This document shows, in pieces, positions 27,882 to 36,169 of a DNA stretch of 64,000 nucleotides (the first letter of the stretch is position 1; every line of letters begins with the position of its first letter). A model generated the notes under the pieces. That model ran no database searches. It saw only the letters and a list, made by a program, of their open reading frames with translations, and was not told where the DNA came from. Origin of the DNA: a bacterium. Lineage in GTDB: Bacteria; Omnitrophota; Gorgyraeia; Zapsychrales; Zapsychraceae. Position numbers and translations under genes: made by a program. The stretch covers positions 33,131 through 97,130 of the forward strand of contig JAUIER010000004.1 in the NCBI GenBank assembly GCA_030429765.1, in the 5' to 3' direction.

Positions 27882-29624
27882 TTATTCCAGACTAATCCGG
27901 CACACTTCCTCGTAGCTCGTTGTCCCCTGCTCGACAAGCTTAAGGCCGGACTCAAATAGCGTCAGCATTCCATTTTTACGGGCGCAGTCTTTGAGTTGGG
28001 CATGCGAGGCGCCGTCACCGATGAGCTTTCGGATATCGTCGTCGATTTCCAGAACCTCGCCAACCACACATCGCCCCTTGTAACCGACATTATTACATTC
28101 ACTGCAGCCTTTGGGCCGGTAGATCAAGTCGGCATTAAATTTGTAATCGCCATGCTGCGCCGGATCGGGCTCATACGGCTCTTTACATTTAGGACAGATT
28201 CGCTTGGCCAGACGTTGAGCCAGGATCATAACCAGAGAAGGTGTGAGCAGATAATTCGGAACACCGATATCTACCAGACGGGTAATCGCTGAAGGAGAGT
28301 CATTGGTGTGAAGCGTGCTTAATACAAAGTGACCGGTCAATGCGGCCCGGACACAAATGGAGGCCGTTTCAAGGTCGCGTGTCTCCCCGACCATGATGAC
28401 GTCCGGATCCTGACGCAGGAAGGCCTTAAGCGCCACGGCAAAGGTCAGGCCAATCTCTGTCTTGACCGACACCTGATTAATCCCTTCAAGCCGATATTCA
28501 ACCGGATCCTCGGCCGTCATGATATTCTTAGTCGGATCCAGCGTTTCATTGACAGCCGCGTATAGCGAGGTGGATTTACCACTACCCGTGGGGCCCGTCA
28601 CGAAAAACAATCCATAGGGTGATCCCAGCGCCTTTTTGAGCTGTTCGACCTGTTTGGTATTAAATCCCAAATTGGTCAGCTGCAATGGCACCGCGTCTTT
28701 ATCCAGAATACGCATAACCACCTTTTCTCCCCATACGGTCGGCACCGTGGAAACACGGATGTCGACCTTACGATTTTCCAGTTTGGCACTGAGCGCCCCA
28801 TCCTGCGGCAGTCGCTTCTCGGCAATATCCAGTTTGGCCAGGATCTTGATCCGCGACACAATCGGAAGATGCAAATGCGGGGCCGGTGGAGGAATATCAA
28901 TCAGCCCACCGTCAATGCGATATCTGAGATGAAGTGTATTGTCAAACGGCTCGATATGAATATCACTCGCCCGCTCATCAATCGCCTGTCGGATGATCAG
29001 GTCAACCAATTTGATCACCGGCGCCTCAGAGGCCTTTTCCATCAAACGGTCAATACTCAAATCAGCCGATGAAGAATCGTTCTTCACCGGAGCGATAAAA
29101 TCATCGTCATCCGCGCGCTCAAAAGAACTTTCAACTGCCGCCCCCAACAGCGACGTCCGGCCGCCATCCTTTGTCGAGGATCCGCCAAAATAAAATTCAT
29201 TGATCGCCTTTTGCAGGGCCGATGCGGCCGCGATCACCAAATTGATCTCACACTCGGTAATCCGCCGCAAATTATCCAACATCAAAAGGTCCAAAGGATC
29301 CGCGACGGCACAGGTCAGTGAGTTTAACGTTTTCGAAAGCGGCAGTACTGTATTTTTTTTGGCAAAGTCAGCCGGAAGGATTTTGTCAAGATCCTGATCT
29401 TCTTTGGGGCGCAGCATCTCCGGGGTATCAGATGAATAAAACGGAATCCCAAGCTGAGTCCCCAACGCCGAGGTCATATCGTCTTCGGTGATAATTCCCA
29501 TCTTGATGAGGATCTCACCGATCAGTCCGCCTTCCTGCTTCTGGGCATCAATGGCTGTCTGCAGCTGATCCTGGGTAATATAACCCTGCTCGATTAAAAT
29601 TTCACCGATTCGAAGTCTGGCCAT
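27882..29624 (-). CDS. pilB: type IV pilus assembly ATPase with N-terminal MshEN domain (PilB/GspE)
   Basis: RASDIHIEP, LDIAEKRLPQDG, GPTGSGKST, EDPVE, LRQDPDVIMVGETRD, CPKC...CSEC; tandem RIGEIL/LIGEIL MshEN motifs. Confidence 0.95.
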   Translation of the reverse strand: MARLRIGEILIEQGYITQDQLQTAIDAQKQEGGLIGEILIKMGIITEDDMTSALGTQLGIPFYSSDTPEMLRPKEDQDLDKILPADFAKKNTVLPLSKTLNSLTCAVADPLDLLMLDNLRRITECEINLVIAAASALQKAINEFYFGGSSTKDGGRTSLLGAAVESSFERADDDDFIAPVKNDSSSADLSIDRLMEKASEAPVIKLVDLIIRQAIDERASDIHIEPFDNTLHLRYRIDGGLIDIPPPAPHLHLPIVSRIKILAKLDIAEKRLPQDGALSAKLENRKVDIRVSTVPTVWGEKVVMRILDKDAVPLQLTNLGFNTKQVEQLKKALGSPYGLFFVTGPTGSGKSTSLYAAVNETLDPTKNIMTAEDPVEYRLEGINQVSVKTEIGLTFAVALKAFLRQDPDVIMVGETRDLETASICVRAALTGHFVLSTLHTNDSPSAITRLVDIGVPNYLLTPSLVMILAQRLAKRICPKCKEPYEPDPAQHGDYKFNADLIYRPKGCSECNNVGYKGRCVVGEVLEIDDDIRKLIGDGASHAQLKDCARKNGMLTLFESGLKLVEQGTTSYEEVCRISLE

Positions 29625-29627
29625 AAA

Positions 29628-31160
29628 TTAACGTCTTTGTTCGATATATGATAATTCTCTTTCGATGGCGGCGGCATTACGTGGAAGATTATAATCCTGT
29701 TCCCGGATGATCTGCTGTTGGCGAGTGGGCATGGAGAGTTTACGATTAAAATTTTCATCCAGGATCTGCGGTGTAATAAAGATCACCAGTTCCCGCTGCT
29801 CTTCGGTCTTATCTTTGTGCCGGAAGGCCGCTCCCAGAATCGGAATCTTGCCGATCACGGGGACATGCTGCCGCACGTCTGATGATTCGGATCTTAAAAG
29901 GCCCCCGAGAATAATCGTGTCTCCGTCTCTTACACGCAAAATCGATTTACTTCCACGCTCCTCGGTATTCTTGAACTGATCCGCCCCCACAAAACCTGTC
30001 GCGGCCGTGGCCTGGATCACCTTGGGTTCAATCGCCATGGTGATCTCGCCTGTATGCACGTTGGCTTGTGGCGTGACCGTCAAAATAACCCCGGTGTCCG
30101 CCCGTTCGGCTTCCGTGGTGGCTTCCGTACCGGCGTCCGCCCCGGTGACACTGCTGGTCAATCCGATGGCCTCATTCGTGCTGATCTTGATCTCTGCCGT
30201 TTCATTATTGAGCGTAAGAATACGTGGCCGGGCCAGACTGCGAGTGTCTGTATTCGTCCGCAAAAACTGCAGTAAAAATGTCAGACCTTCGAAAGAGATA
30301 TTACTCGTGGTGTAACGCGTGTCGGCACTTCCCAAATCCTGACTCTCGATAAACGTGGTGGACGCGCCGGCAATCCGCCCGCTTTCATCGATATTATCCT
30401 CGAGGATATTGTCAAAATTGAACGGAAAAAATCCACGTTTCGAGCCGCCTGAAAAAGTCACCGGCGTCGAACCAAACTTAGCACCAAGCAGTTCTGAGGT
30501 ATCCTTGGAAATATCCAGCATCTCCACTTCAATCAGGATCTGCGGAATACGCACATCAAGTTGCTTGACCGTACGTTCGATCAAATCAAACTGACTGGGA
30601 ATATCGGTGATGAAAAGACTGTTGGTCCGCATATCCTCAACAATCTTGCCATTCGGTGACAACACCGCCTGAACCGCGCTGACAATCCCGGCCGTCTCAC
30701 CGGCGCTCGATGCCGCCCCACCATTCTCGAACGCCGAAAGTGTGGTGTTGAGTTTGGACGAGGGAATCGTGGCGTATCGAAGGGGATACACCCGGGTCAT
30801 TAATTGAACTTCCGGCACATTGAGCGGCTTGACAATAAAGATGTTACTGCCCTGCTGAATCTCGTAGGTCAGACTGTTCGCCGAAAGGATACGTTCCAGA
30901 GCTTCTTCCACCGAGACATTATCGAGATAGAGATTGATCGACTGACTGGCCACTTCGGCCGAAGCGATAAAATTCATACCGGACTGCTGTGAAAACATCT
31001 TCAGAACGTCTGTCAAACTGGCATTCTTAAGATCCAGGGAGATCTTTTTCTCCCGGTCCGGATAGAGGTAATAATCGTACTCCGAATACCGCTCCGCTAA
31101 AACCGGCTGCGCACAAAGTAAAATCCCCAACATCAGCTGTAAACATAATTTTCGACGCAT
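29628..31160 (-). CDS. secretin (PilQ/GspD family) with STN/N0 domain
   Basis: Signal peptide, ISLDLKNASLTDVL (STN/N0), DMRTNSLFITD, LDVRIPQILIEVEM, PRILTLNNETA, VRDGDTIILGGL, VPVIGKIPILGAAF, ELVIFITPQI. Confidence 0.93.
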   Translation of the reverse strand: MRRKLCLQLMLGILLCAQPVLAERYSEYDYYLYPDREKKISLDLKNASLTDVLKMFSQQSGMNFIASAEVASQSINLYLDNVSVEEALERILSANSLTYEIQQGSNIFIVKPLNVPEVQLMTRVYPLRYATIPSSKLNTTLSAFENGGAASSAGETAGIVSAVQAVLSPNGKIVEDMRTNSLFITDIPSQFDLIERTVKQLDVRIPQILIEVEMLDISKDTSELLGAKFGSTPVTFSGGSKRGFFPFNFDNILEDNIDESGRIAGASTTFIESQDLGSADTRYTTSNISFEGLTFLLQFLRTNTDTRSLARPRILTLNNETAEIKISTNEAIGLTSSVTGADAGTEATTEAERADTGVILTVTPQANVHTGEITMAIEPKVIQATAATGFVGADQFKNTEERGSKSILRVRDGDTIILGGLLRSESSDVRQHVPVIGKIPILGAAFRHKDKTEEQRELVIFITPQILDENFNRKLSMPTRQQQIIREQDYNLPRNAAAIERELSYIEQRR

Positions 31161-31169
31161 GAACACTCC

Positions 31170-31622
31170 TTATGGATTCACCTTGAGATGAGTCCCGTTG
31201 ACTGAAACTCCGATTTCATTTTGGGTGATTGATTCAATCTTGAATTCGCCGACTTTATCCCCCACGTCTACCACGGTACCGTTAATGATCGCCTGCGGAC
31301 GGTCGGAATTCCAGATAATCCCGGAAACCTTAAAATTTGGCCGGGGAACAGGTGGCGGTGTCGTCTTGACGGCCGGACGCGGTGTCACCGTCCGTACCGG
31401 ATCCTTGGGTCTGACCGTTGTGTCGGGCTTGTTATCGTCTGCTGGATTTACGGGCTGCTCAACTTCTTTGGGCTTCTCAGGCAATTGTGGCAGAAATGGA
31501 TTTGGAATATCCGCCACCTCTTTTTGGATCTGAGCAATATCTTCATCCTCAAGGGCGTGCACCCAGAGGCTGTTAAGCAAAACGATTCCGAATACCATGC
31601 CAATCCGGACTAATCTGATCAT
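31170..31622 (-). CDS. PilP/GspB-like periplasmic protein
   Basis: Signal peptide, NPF motif, Pro-rich linker, VSGIIWNSDRPQAIING...VGDKVG; between PilO-like gene and secretin. Confidence 0.75.
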   Translation of the reverse strand: MIRLVRIGMVFGIVLLNSLWVHALEDEDIAQIQKEVADIPNPFLPQLPEKPKEVEQPVNPADDNKPDTTVRPKDPVRTVTPRPAVKTTPPPVPRPNFKVSGIIWNSDRPQAIINGTVVDVGDKVGEFKIESITQNEIGVSVNGTHLKVNP

Positions 31623-32257
31623 TTTCGTTCATCCAATTCTATGGCCGCAATTGAAATCGTTGCCGAGATCACCGGATCGCTAGGCACCTCCGGTTCTTCC
31701 TGTCGACCACGGCGTGAACGCCGGGTCTCCGCCACTCGCAATTTAGCCGAGACATTCTCCATCCGTACGGCGAACGGGGCATGTTCAACATCCCTGAGAA
31801 ACTCAATCAAATGGCTATACTCGTCGGCCGCCACGTTAAAATTAACCCGTTCCACCCGCGTAAAATCTGACTTGATTTCCTGTGCGGGCGTAAAAGATAT
31901 TATCTTAATATTACGATCAATCGCAAATCCCGAAATACGATCAATAAGATCATCAGCAACAATACTTTCGGGAAACTCATCCAAAAAATTCTTATGCTTT
32001 ATTTCATGCTCTTTAAATCGATCGACTGCATCCATTTTCTCGACCAGCGCAACATGCTCTTTTTCCAATTCCTTGATGGTTTTCTTGGAATTGATGTACA
32101 AATATATTGTTGCAGACAAACTCAAGAGGATCAATATAATAATGATTAAAATCTCGGGTTTCCCACGGAGATTATCCTGCACACTGACCAGGTCAATGTT
32201 CTTGAGGTCCTTAACATCGATGCTTTGGAGCTTATTAATCGCTTCGGCAATATTCAT
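31619..32257 (-). CDS. PilO/GspM-like protein
   Basis: Single TM, coiled coil, YSHLIEFLRDVE ferredoxin-like motif; expected position in the alignment subcomplex. Confidence 0.75.
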   Translation of the reverse strand: MNIAEAINKLQSIDVKDLKNIDLVSVQDNLRGKPEILIIIILILLSLSATIYLYINSKKTIKELEKEHVALVEKMDAVDRFKEHEIKHKNFLDEFPESIVADDLIDRISGFAIDRNIKIISFTPAQEIKSDFTRVERVNFNVAADEYSHLIEFLRDVEHAPFAVRMENVSAKLRVAETRRSRRGRQEEPEVPSDPVISATISIAAIELDERK

Positions 32258-32260
32258 AAT

Positions 32261-33796
32261 TTACTCGCACTTGATCTTGAAGTAGGTCACATCAAATCCC
32301 TGTAAGTTTTTGGATTCGGTCGTTAAAATATCAATCGTGTTAAAGTATTCTGTCAGAACCTTGTCGTCCTTTAAGTTTTTCTGCAGCCGGTAGACCAGAC
32401 GGAACTGCTCATTCACGTTTTCATGATAGACATAACCGCTCATATTAATGACCGGTTTATCTTTCGTGTCGCTATCGTTGTAACTGACACTCATACTTTC
32501 AAACCACGCCCCTTCCGGAAGCAACATGGGCACCTCGGTAAAAAAGATGGCGATATCACTCGATATGCGGATATCATCATAGTACTGCTGCTTGGTGGTC
32601 AGCTGTGAATTTCTCAAATCAATGGTTTCGATGTCCTCTTCCGCGAATATATCCAACTCCTTCACTATTTGATCAACTTTTTTCTGCGCACTATCAACCG
32701 ATTTCTGGGTGACAAAAAATATGGTGCCTATCAAGGCAATACAACCTAATAATGTCGGCAAAATGGCCTTGATGCTAAAGGGCAGCTTGGCTTCCATGGA
32801 GGCCTTGGATTTGGTCTTCTTGGCCCTGGACCTTCCGCCCGAGAAACTGAGCTCGGCCTCTAGATTCACCGAGTTGACAATCGACACACCAAACGCGTTC
32901 AGATAGTTGATATCATCGGCCTTGGCCTGCCCCAAGACCTGCTTACTGGACAGCGACGTGACATCCATCCCCAAATCTGCCTTGATCCCGCCGATCAATT
33001 CATTGCTCATATTCTCAGATACCAAAATCAACCGAGACACCGTGAACGTCCGATCCTGCCTGGAAAAATAGTCGAGCGAAATCCTTAATTCATTGATCAA
33101 TTTTGTGTTGGGATCTGTATCCACCAACGGTGCATCGTCGGCTACGGAAGGATTGATCTTTAAATGAAACTCACGGACAAAAATTGGAATCTTGTCGGAT
33201 ATGACCGTGATCTTGCCGTACTCATCTTCATGCTCAACAATCGCCAGCACATCGCCTTCCGGCAGCAGATTCGCCGATGTAAACGCCCGGGCCAAAGACA
33301 ACTGCGCCGGCTCAATAATGTTGATCGACAATCCGGCCTTGGTCAAAATCTTCTGGTATTCTTCAAGCGTGTCACGGCGGATCGCCACAAAAATGATACG
33401 GTACTTTTTGGTTGTACCCTGATTAAATTGAATCGGATAATAGGAATACTTAAGCTGATCGAGATTAAACGGAACATACTTCCCGGCCTCAAACACAACC
33501 GCCCCCTTGACCTCACTGGACGGCATGTAGGGAATGACAAACGACCGGAAAATAATCTCTCTGGTCGGCAGGGCCAGATGAAATTCCTTGGCCTTGATCC
33601 GGTGCTGTTTGATCGCGGCCTGGATACTGGCGGCTAGAGAATTACCGGCATCCGTAAACCCTTCTCCGGGAACCAAATTCTGATCGTTGGGATCGATCGG
33701 AATACTGAAGAGCGCAGTGGCCTTGCCTTGATTGGTGCCCACAAACAAAATCTTGGTCTCACCCCAGTAAATACCGACTTGATTGCTATCAGCCAT
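32261..33796 (-). CDS. PilM-PilN fusion (GspL-like architecture)
   Basis: N-terminal actin-like PilM region (VGIYWG, EAGKYVPF, NELRISLDYF), one TM, C-terminal PilN-like LPEGAWFESMS. Confidence 0.75.
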   Translation of the reverse strand: MADSNQVGIYWGETKILFVGTNQGKATALFSIPIDPNDQNLVPGEGFTDAGNSLAASIQAAIKQHRIKAKEFHLALPTREIIFRSFVIPYMPSSEVKGAVVFEAGKYVPFNLDQLKYSYYPIQFNQGTTKKYRIIFVAIRRDTLEEYQKILTKAGLSINIIEPAQLSLARAFTSANLLPEGDVLAIVEHEDEYGKITVISDKIPIFVREFHLKINPSVADDAPLVDTDPNTKLINELRISLDYFSRQDRTFTVSRLILVSENMSNELIGGIKADLGMDVTSLSSKQVLGQAKADDINYLNAFGVSIVNSVNLEAELSFSGGRSRAKKTKSKASMEAKLPFSIKAILPTLLGCIALIGTIFFVTQKSVDSAQKKVDQIVKELDIFAEEDIETIDLRNSQLTTKQQYYDDIRISSDIAIFFTEVPMLLPEGAWFESMSVSYNDSDTKDKPVINMSGYVYHENVNEQFRLVYRLQKNLKDDKVLTEYFNTIDILTTESKNLQGFDVTYFKIKCE

Positions 33797-33983
33797 ACAC
33801 TTTTATAGAATTGGTCAGGAGGCTTGATCAGCCAACTAACACGTGAACATTGAACCGCTCCGGCAGGACAAATTTGCCGAATCGATCACCGTTTTTTGAA
33901 GGAAAAGTTACGCAACTTCAATAATCACAATGATTAACGAAATATTGATGCAAAACATGAAATATTTGTCTAAATTTTATTAG

Positions 33984-33992
33984 ACTATAACA
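33984..33992 (-). promoter_or_regulatory. possible extended -10 promoter for the pilMN-pilC operon
   Basis: TGTTATAGT in the AT-rich 264-bp intergenic region. Confidence 0.35.
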
Positions 33993-34060
33993 GCTCATGC
34001 TTGTCAAACAATTTGCAAAGTATTTTGATAGAATGATTTAGGAAGTTTTAGGCAGGACGT

Positions 34061-34390
34061 TTAATAGTCAACGGTGACTTCGACTACACTGGATCCCATT
34101 AGTCCGCCGCCTGTCGTTCGCAGGCTTACGGTATATGGCACCCCGCTGACGGTAACGGTGTAAGGGGTATTCGAGGGGGTTAGGCCGGCCTGAAATTCTG
34201 CCGCCGCTCGACGGGCCTCCCCTGAGGCGAGCAACTGACTCTGCAGTGACTGATACTGACCTTCGGTCAAACGCGTCTGACTTACATTCATACTAATCAC
34301 GGAAATCACGACCCCCATGATCACCACAACAATCACGATCACCGTGATGAGGATTACTCCGCTTTCATTGTTTATGGATTTGAGTCGCAT
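34061..34390 (-). CDS. PilX/GspK-like minor pilin
   Basis: NNESG|VILITVIVIVVVIMGVVIS lacking E5, which is typical of PilX/GspK. Confidence 0.72.
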   Translation of the reverse strand: MRLKSINNESGVILITVIVIVVVIMGVVISVISMNVSQTRLTEGQYQSLQSQLLASGEARRAAAEFQAGLTPSNTPYTVTVSGVPYTVSLRTTGGGLMGSSVVEVTVDY

Positions 34391-34640
34391 CTTTCTGATG
34401 ATCTCCCTGCTTATCCGTCAAATCAGCCGACAGGTAACTCTTGCACAATGGACACACAATTATTTCGGAACGGCGATAATTAAAAAACATATGCCCGCAA
34501 TACTGACACCGGGTCAGAAATTCCGTGTTATCGGTCGGCTCCTCGTCTCTGCAATTATAAAATATCCATACCCCCAAAACAAGGGTGATCGGCACCGACA
34601 AAAAGACAGCCACAGCCCAACTCACGGATATTTCAATCAT
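34365..34640 (-). CDS. small membrane-anchored zinc-ribbon protein
   Basis: N-terminal TM then CQYC-x14-CPLC; overlaps both neighbours. Confidence 0.7.
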   Translation of the reverse strand: MIEISVSWAVAVFLSVPITLVLGVWIFYNCRDEEPTDNTEFLTRCQYCGHMFFNYRRSEIIVCPLCKSYLSADLTDKQGDHQKDATQIHKQ

Positions 34641-35062
34641 TTGGTCTGAAACCTCAAGGGTTCGTACTTCACAGGTGCAGGGATCCCCAAATCATCCAAG
34701 ACCTCCTCAAAGCCCTCAGTGTCAGCCTCAAGCGCGTCCACCACCCGGGGGGAGGGTTTGTGCTTGATATCGATGGTTGCCTTGTATGATGGCTTAGGGA
34801 CCGATCGGTCGTCATAGGGAGAAATCGTCTTGGGAAGTTCGATATCCGAGGTCGGCCTCAGAACATCATCATGTTCACCGCGGATCGCAGCCGCCGAAAT
34901 TTCGCCGGGATTAAACAATGCGCCAAAAAACACCATGACCGGTTTGTGAGGCTCGGGTTTGACGGGTACAACGAATATGAATAGATTTAACAACAGCAAA
35001 TGAATGAGAAATGAAATTCCCAACGCTTGGACCGGCCAACCATTCTTGATGAGGACAGACAT
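34637..35062 (-). CDS. short TonB/TolA-like energy transducer without a recognisable C-terminal domain
   Basis: TM with S-x3-H motif (GISFLIHLLLL) then a Pro-rich segment; directly after exbD; start ATG 35062. Confidence 0.62.
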   Translation of the reverse strand: MSVLIKNGWPVQALGISFLIHLLLLNLFIFVVPVKPEPHKPVMVFFGALFNPGEISAAAIRGEHDDVLRPTSDIELPKTISPYDDRSVPKPSYKATIDIKHKPSPRVVDALEADTEGFEEVLDDLGIPAPVKYEPLRFQTK

Positions 35063-35064
35063 TG

Positions 35065-35469
35065 TTAGTTGTCTTGGTTTGTGGCGATATTCACCCGCTC
35101 TATTCCATAATTCCGGCACAAATCCCAAATATCCACAATACGTCCCACGGACGCCCGACGATCAGACTTGATCAGGATCGGCCGGTTTTTATTGATTGGA
35201 TTTTTAAGGATCTCTTCCAACTCTTTGGTGCTGACAATTTTTCCATTCAAATAGGTCACGTTCTCACTGGTGATCGTAATGATCATGTTCTCATCTTTGA
35301 TGACGTCACTGGTGACAGCCTTGGGAAGCTTGACGTTGATCCCGGACTGAAACGTAAACGATGATGACAGCATGAAAAATATCAACAGCTGAAAAATGAC
35401 GTCAATGAGCGGCGCGATATCAATTTGACGCGGGCTTTTTTCCAGTTTCAAATGTTGGCGAAAGCGCAT
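35065..35469 (-). CDS. exbD: ExbD/TolR-family biopolymer transport protein
   Basis: IDIAPLIDVIFQLLIFFML with conserved TM Asp, VKLPKA, ILIKSDR. Confidence 0.93.
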   Translation of the reverse strand: MRFRQHLKLEKSPRQIDIAPLIDVIFQLLIFFMLSSSFTFQSGINVKLPKAVTSDVIKDENMIITITSENVTYLNGKIVSTKELEEILKNPINKNRPILIKSDRRASVGRIVDIWDLCRNYGIERVNIATNQDN

Positions 35470-35482
35470 TTAAAACCCTTCC

Positions 35483-36136
35483 TTAAACCGTTGTCTCGGT
35501 GATTTGCGTCATGAAATTTACCAGCTCCGTGGCCCCGCGCTCCATCTCCAGCGTAAAGTGATTAACCCGGTTGACAAAATAATTATAGGCGACAAATGTG
35601 GGAATCGCGACCGCCAGGCCGGCGACCGTTGTCAACAAGGCCTCCCCGATCCCGCCGGCCAAATCGCCCGGCGTTACCGGATTCAATGAAGCGGCCCGAA
35701 CCTGAATGGTATGAAAACTTGTAACCATCCCCGTCACTGTCCCAAGCAGTCCGATCAGCGGACTGATTTGTGAAATCGTCGCCAATGCGCCCAGCCGGCT
35801 TTCCAGTTTGGGTATCTGGAAAAGGCTCGCGTCCTCCATGCTCTCCTTGATCTCATCCCGTGGCGCACCAAACTTGATGATACCGGCCTTCATGATCTTC
35901 GCGACAGGTGACCGGCTGTGATCACAAAGGTGCACCGCCTCCTTGATCTTATTGTGCTTCAAATCTTCAAAGATACTTTGTTTGAATTGACGAACATTGG
36001 TTTTGATGAAGGAAAAATAGATGATCTTTTCGATGATTATTCCCAAGGCAAATACCGAACACAAGATTAATGGAATCATCAGCGGTCCGCCTTTTTTGAT
36101 CAGCGTAACGGCGTTCATTTCCCATATTCCACCCAT
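35483..36136 (-). CDS. exbB: MotA/TolQ/ExbB proton channel protein
   Basis: GGPLMIPL, SPLIGLLGTVTGM, GIGEALLTTVAGLAVAIP; AGGAGG SD. Confidence 0.93.
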   Translation of the reverse strand: MGGIWEMNAVTLIKKGGPLMIPLILCSVFALGIIIEKIIYFSFIKTNVRQFKQSIFEDLKHNKIKEAVHLCDHSRSPVAKIMKAGIIKFGAPRDEIKESMEDASLFQIPKLESRLGALATISQISPLIGLLGTVTGMVTSFHTIQVRAASLNPVTPGDLAGGIGEALLTTVAGLAVAIPTFVAYNYFVNRVNHFTLEMERGATELVNFMTQITETTV

Positions 36137-36169
36137 AAAATTTCCTCCTGACTCTAGGTTCTAGATATC

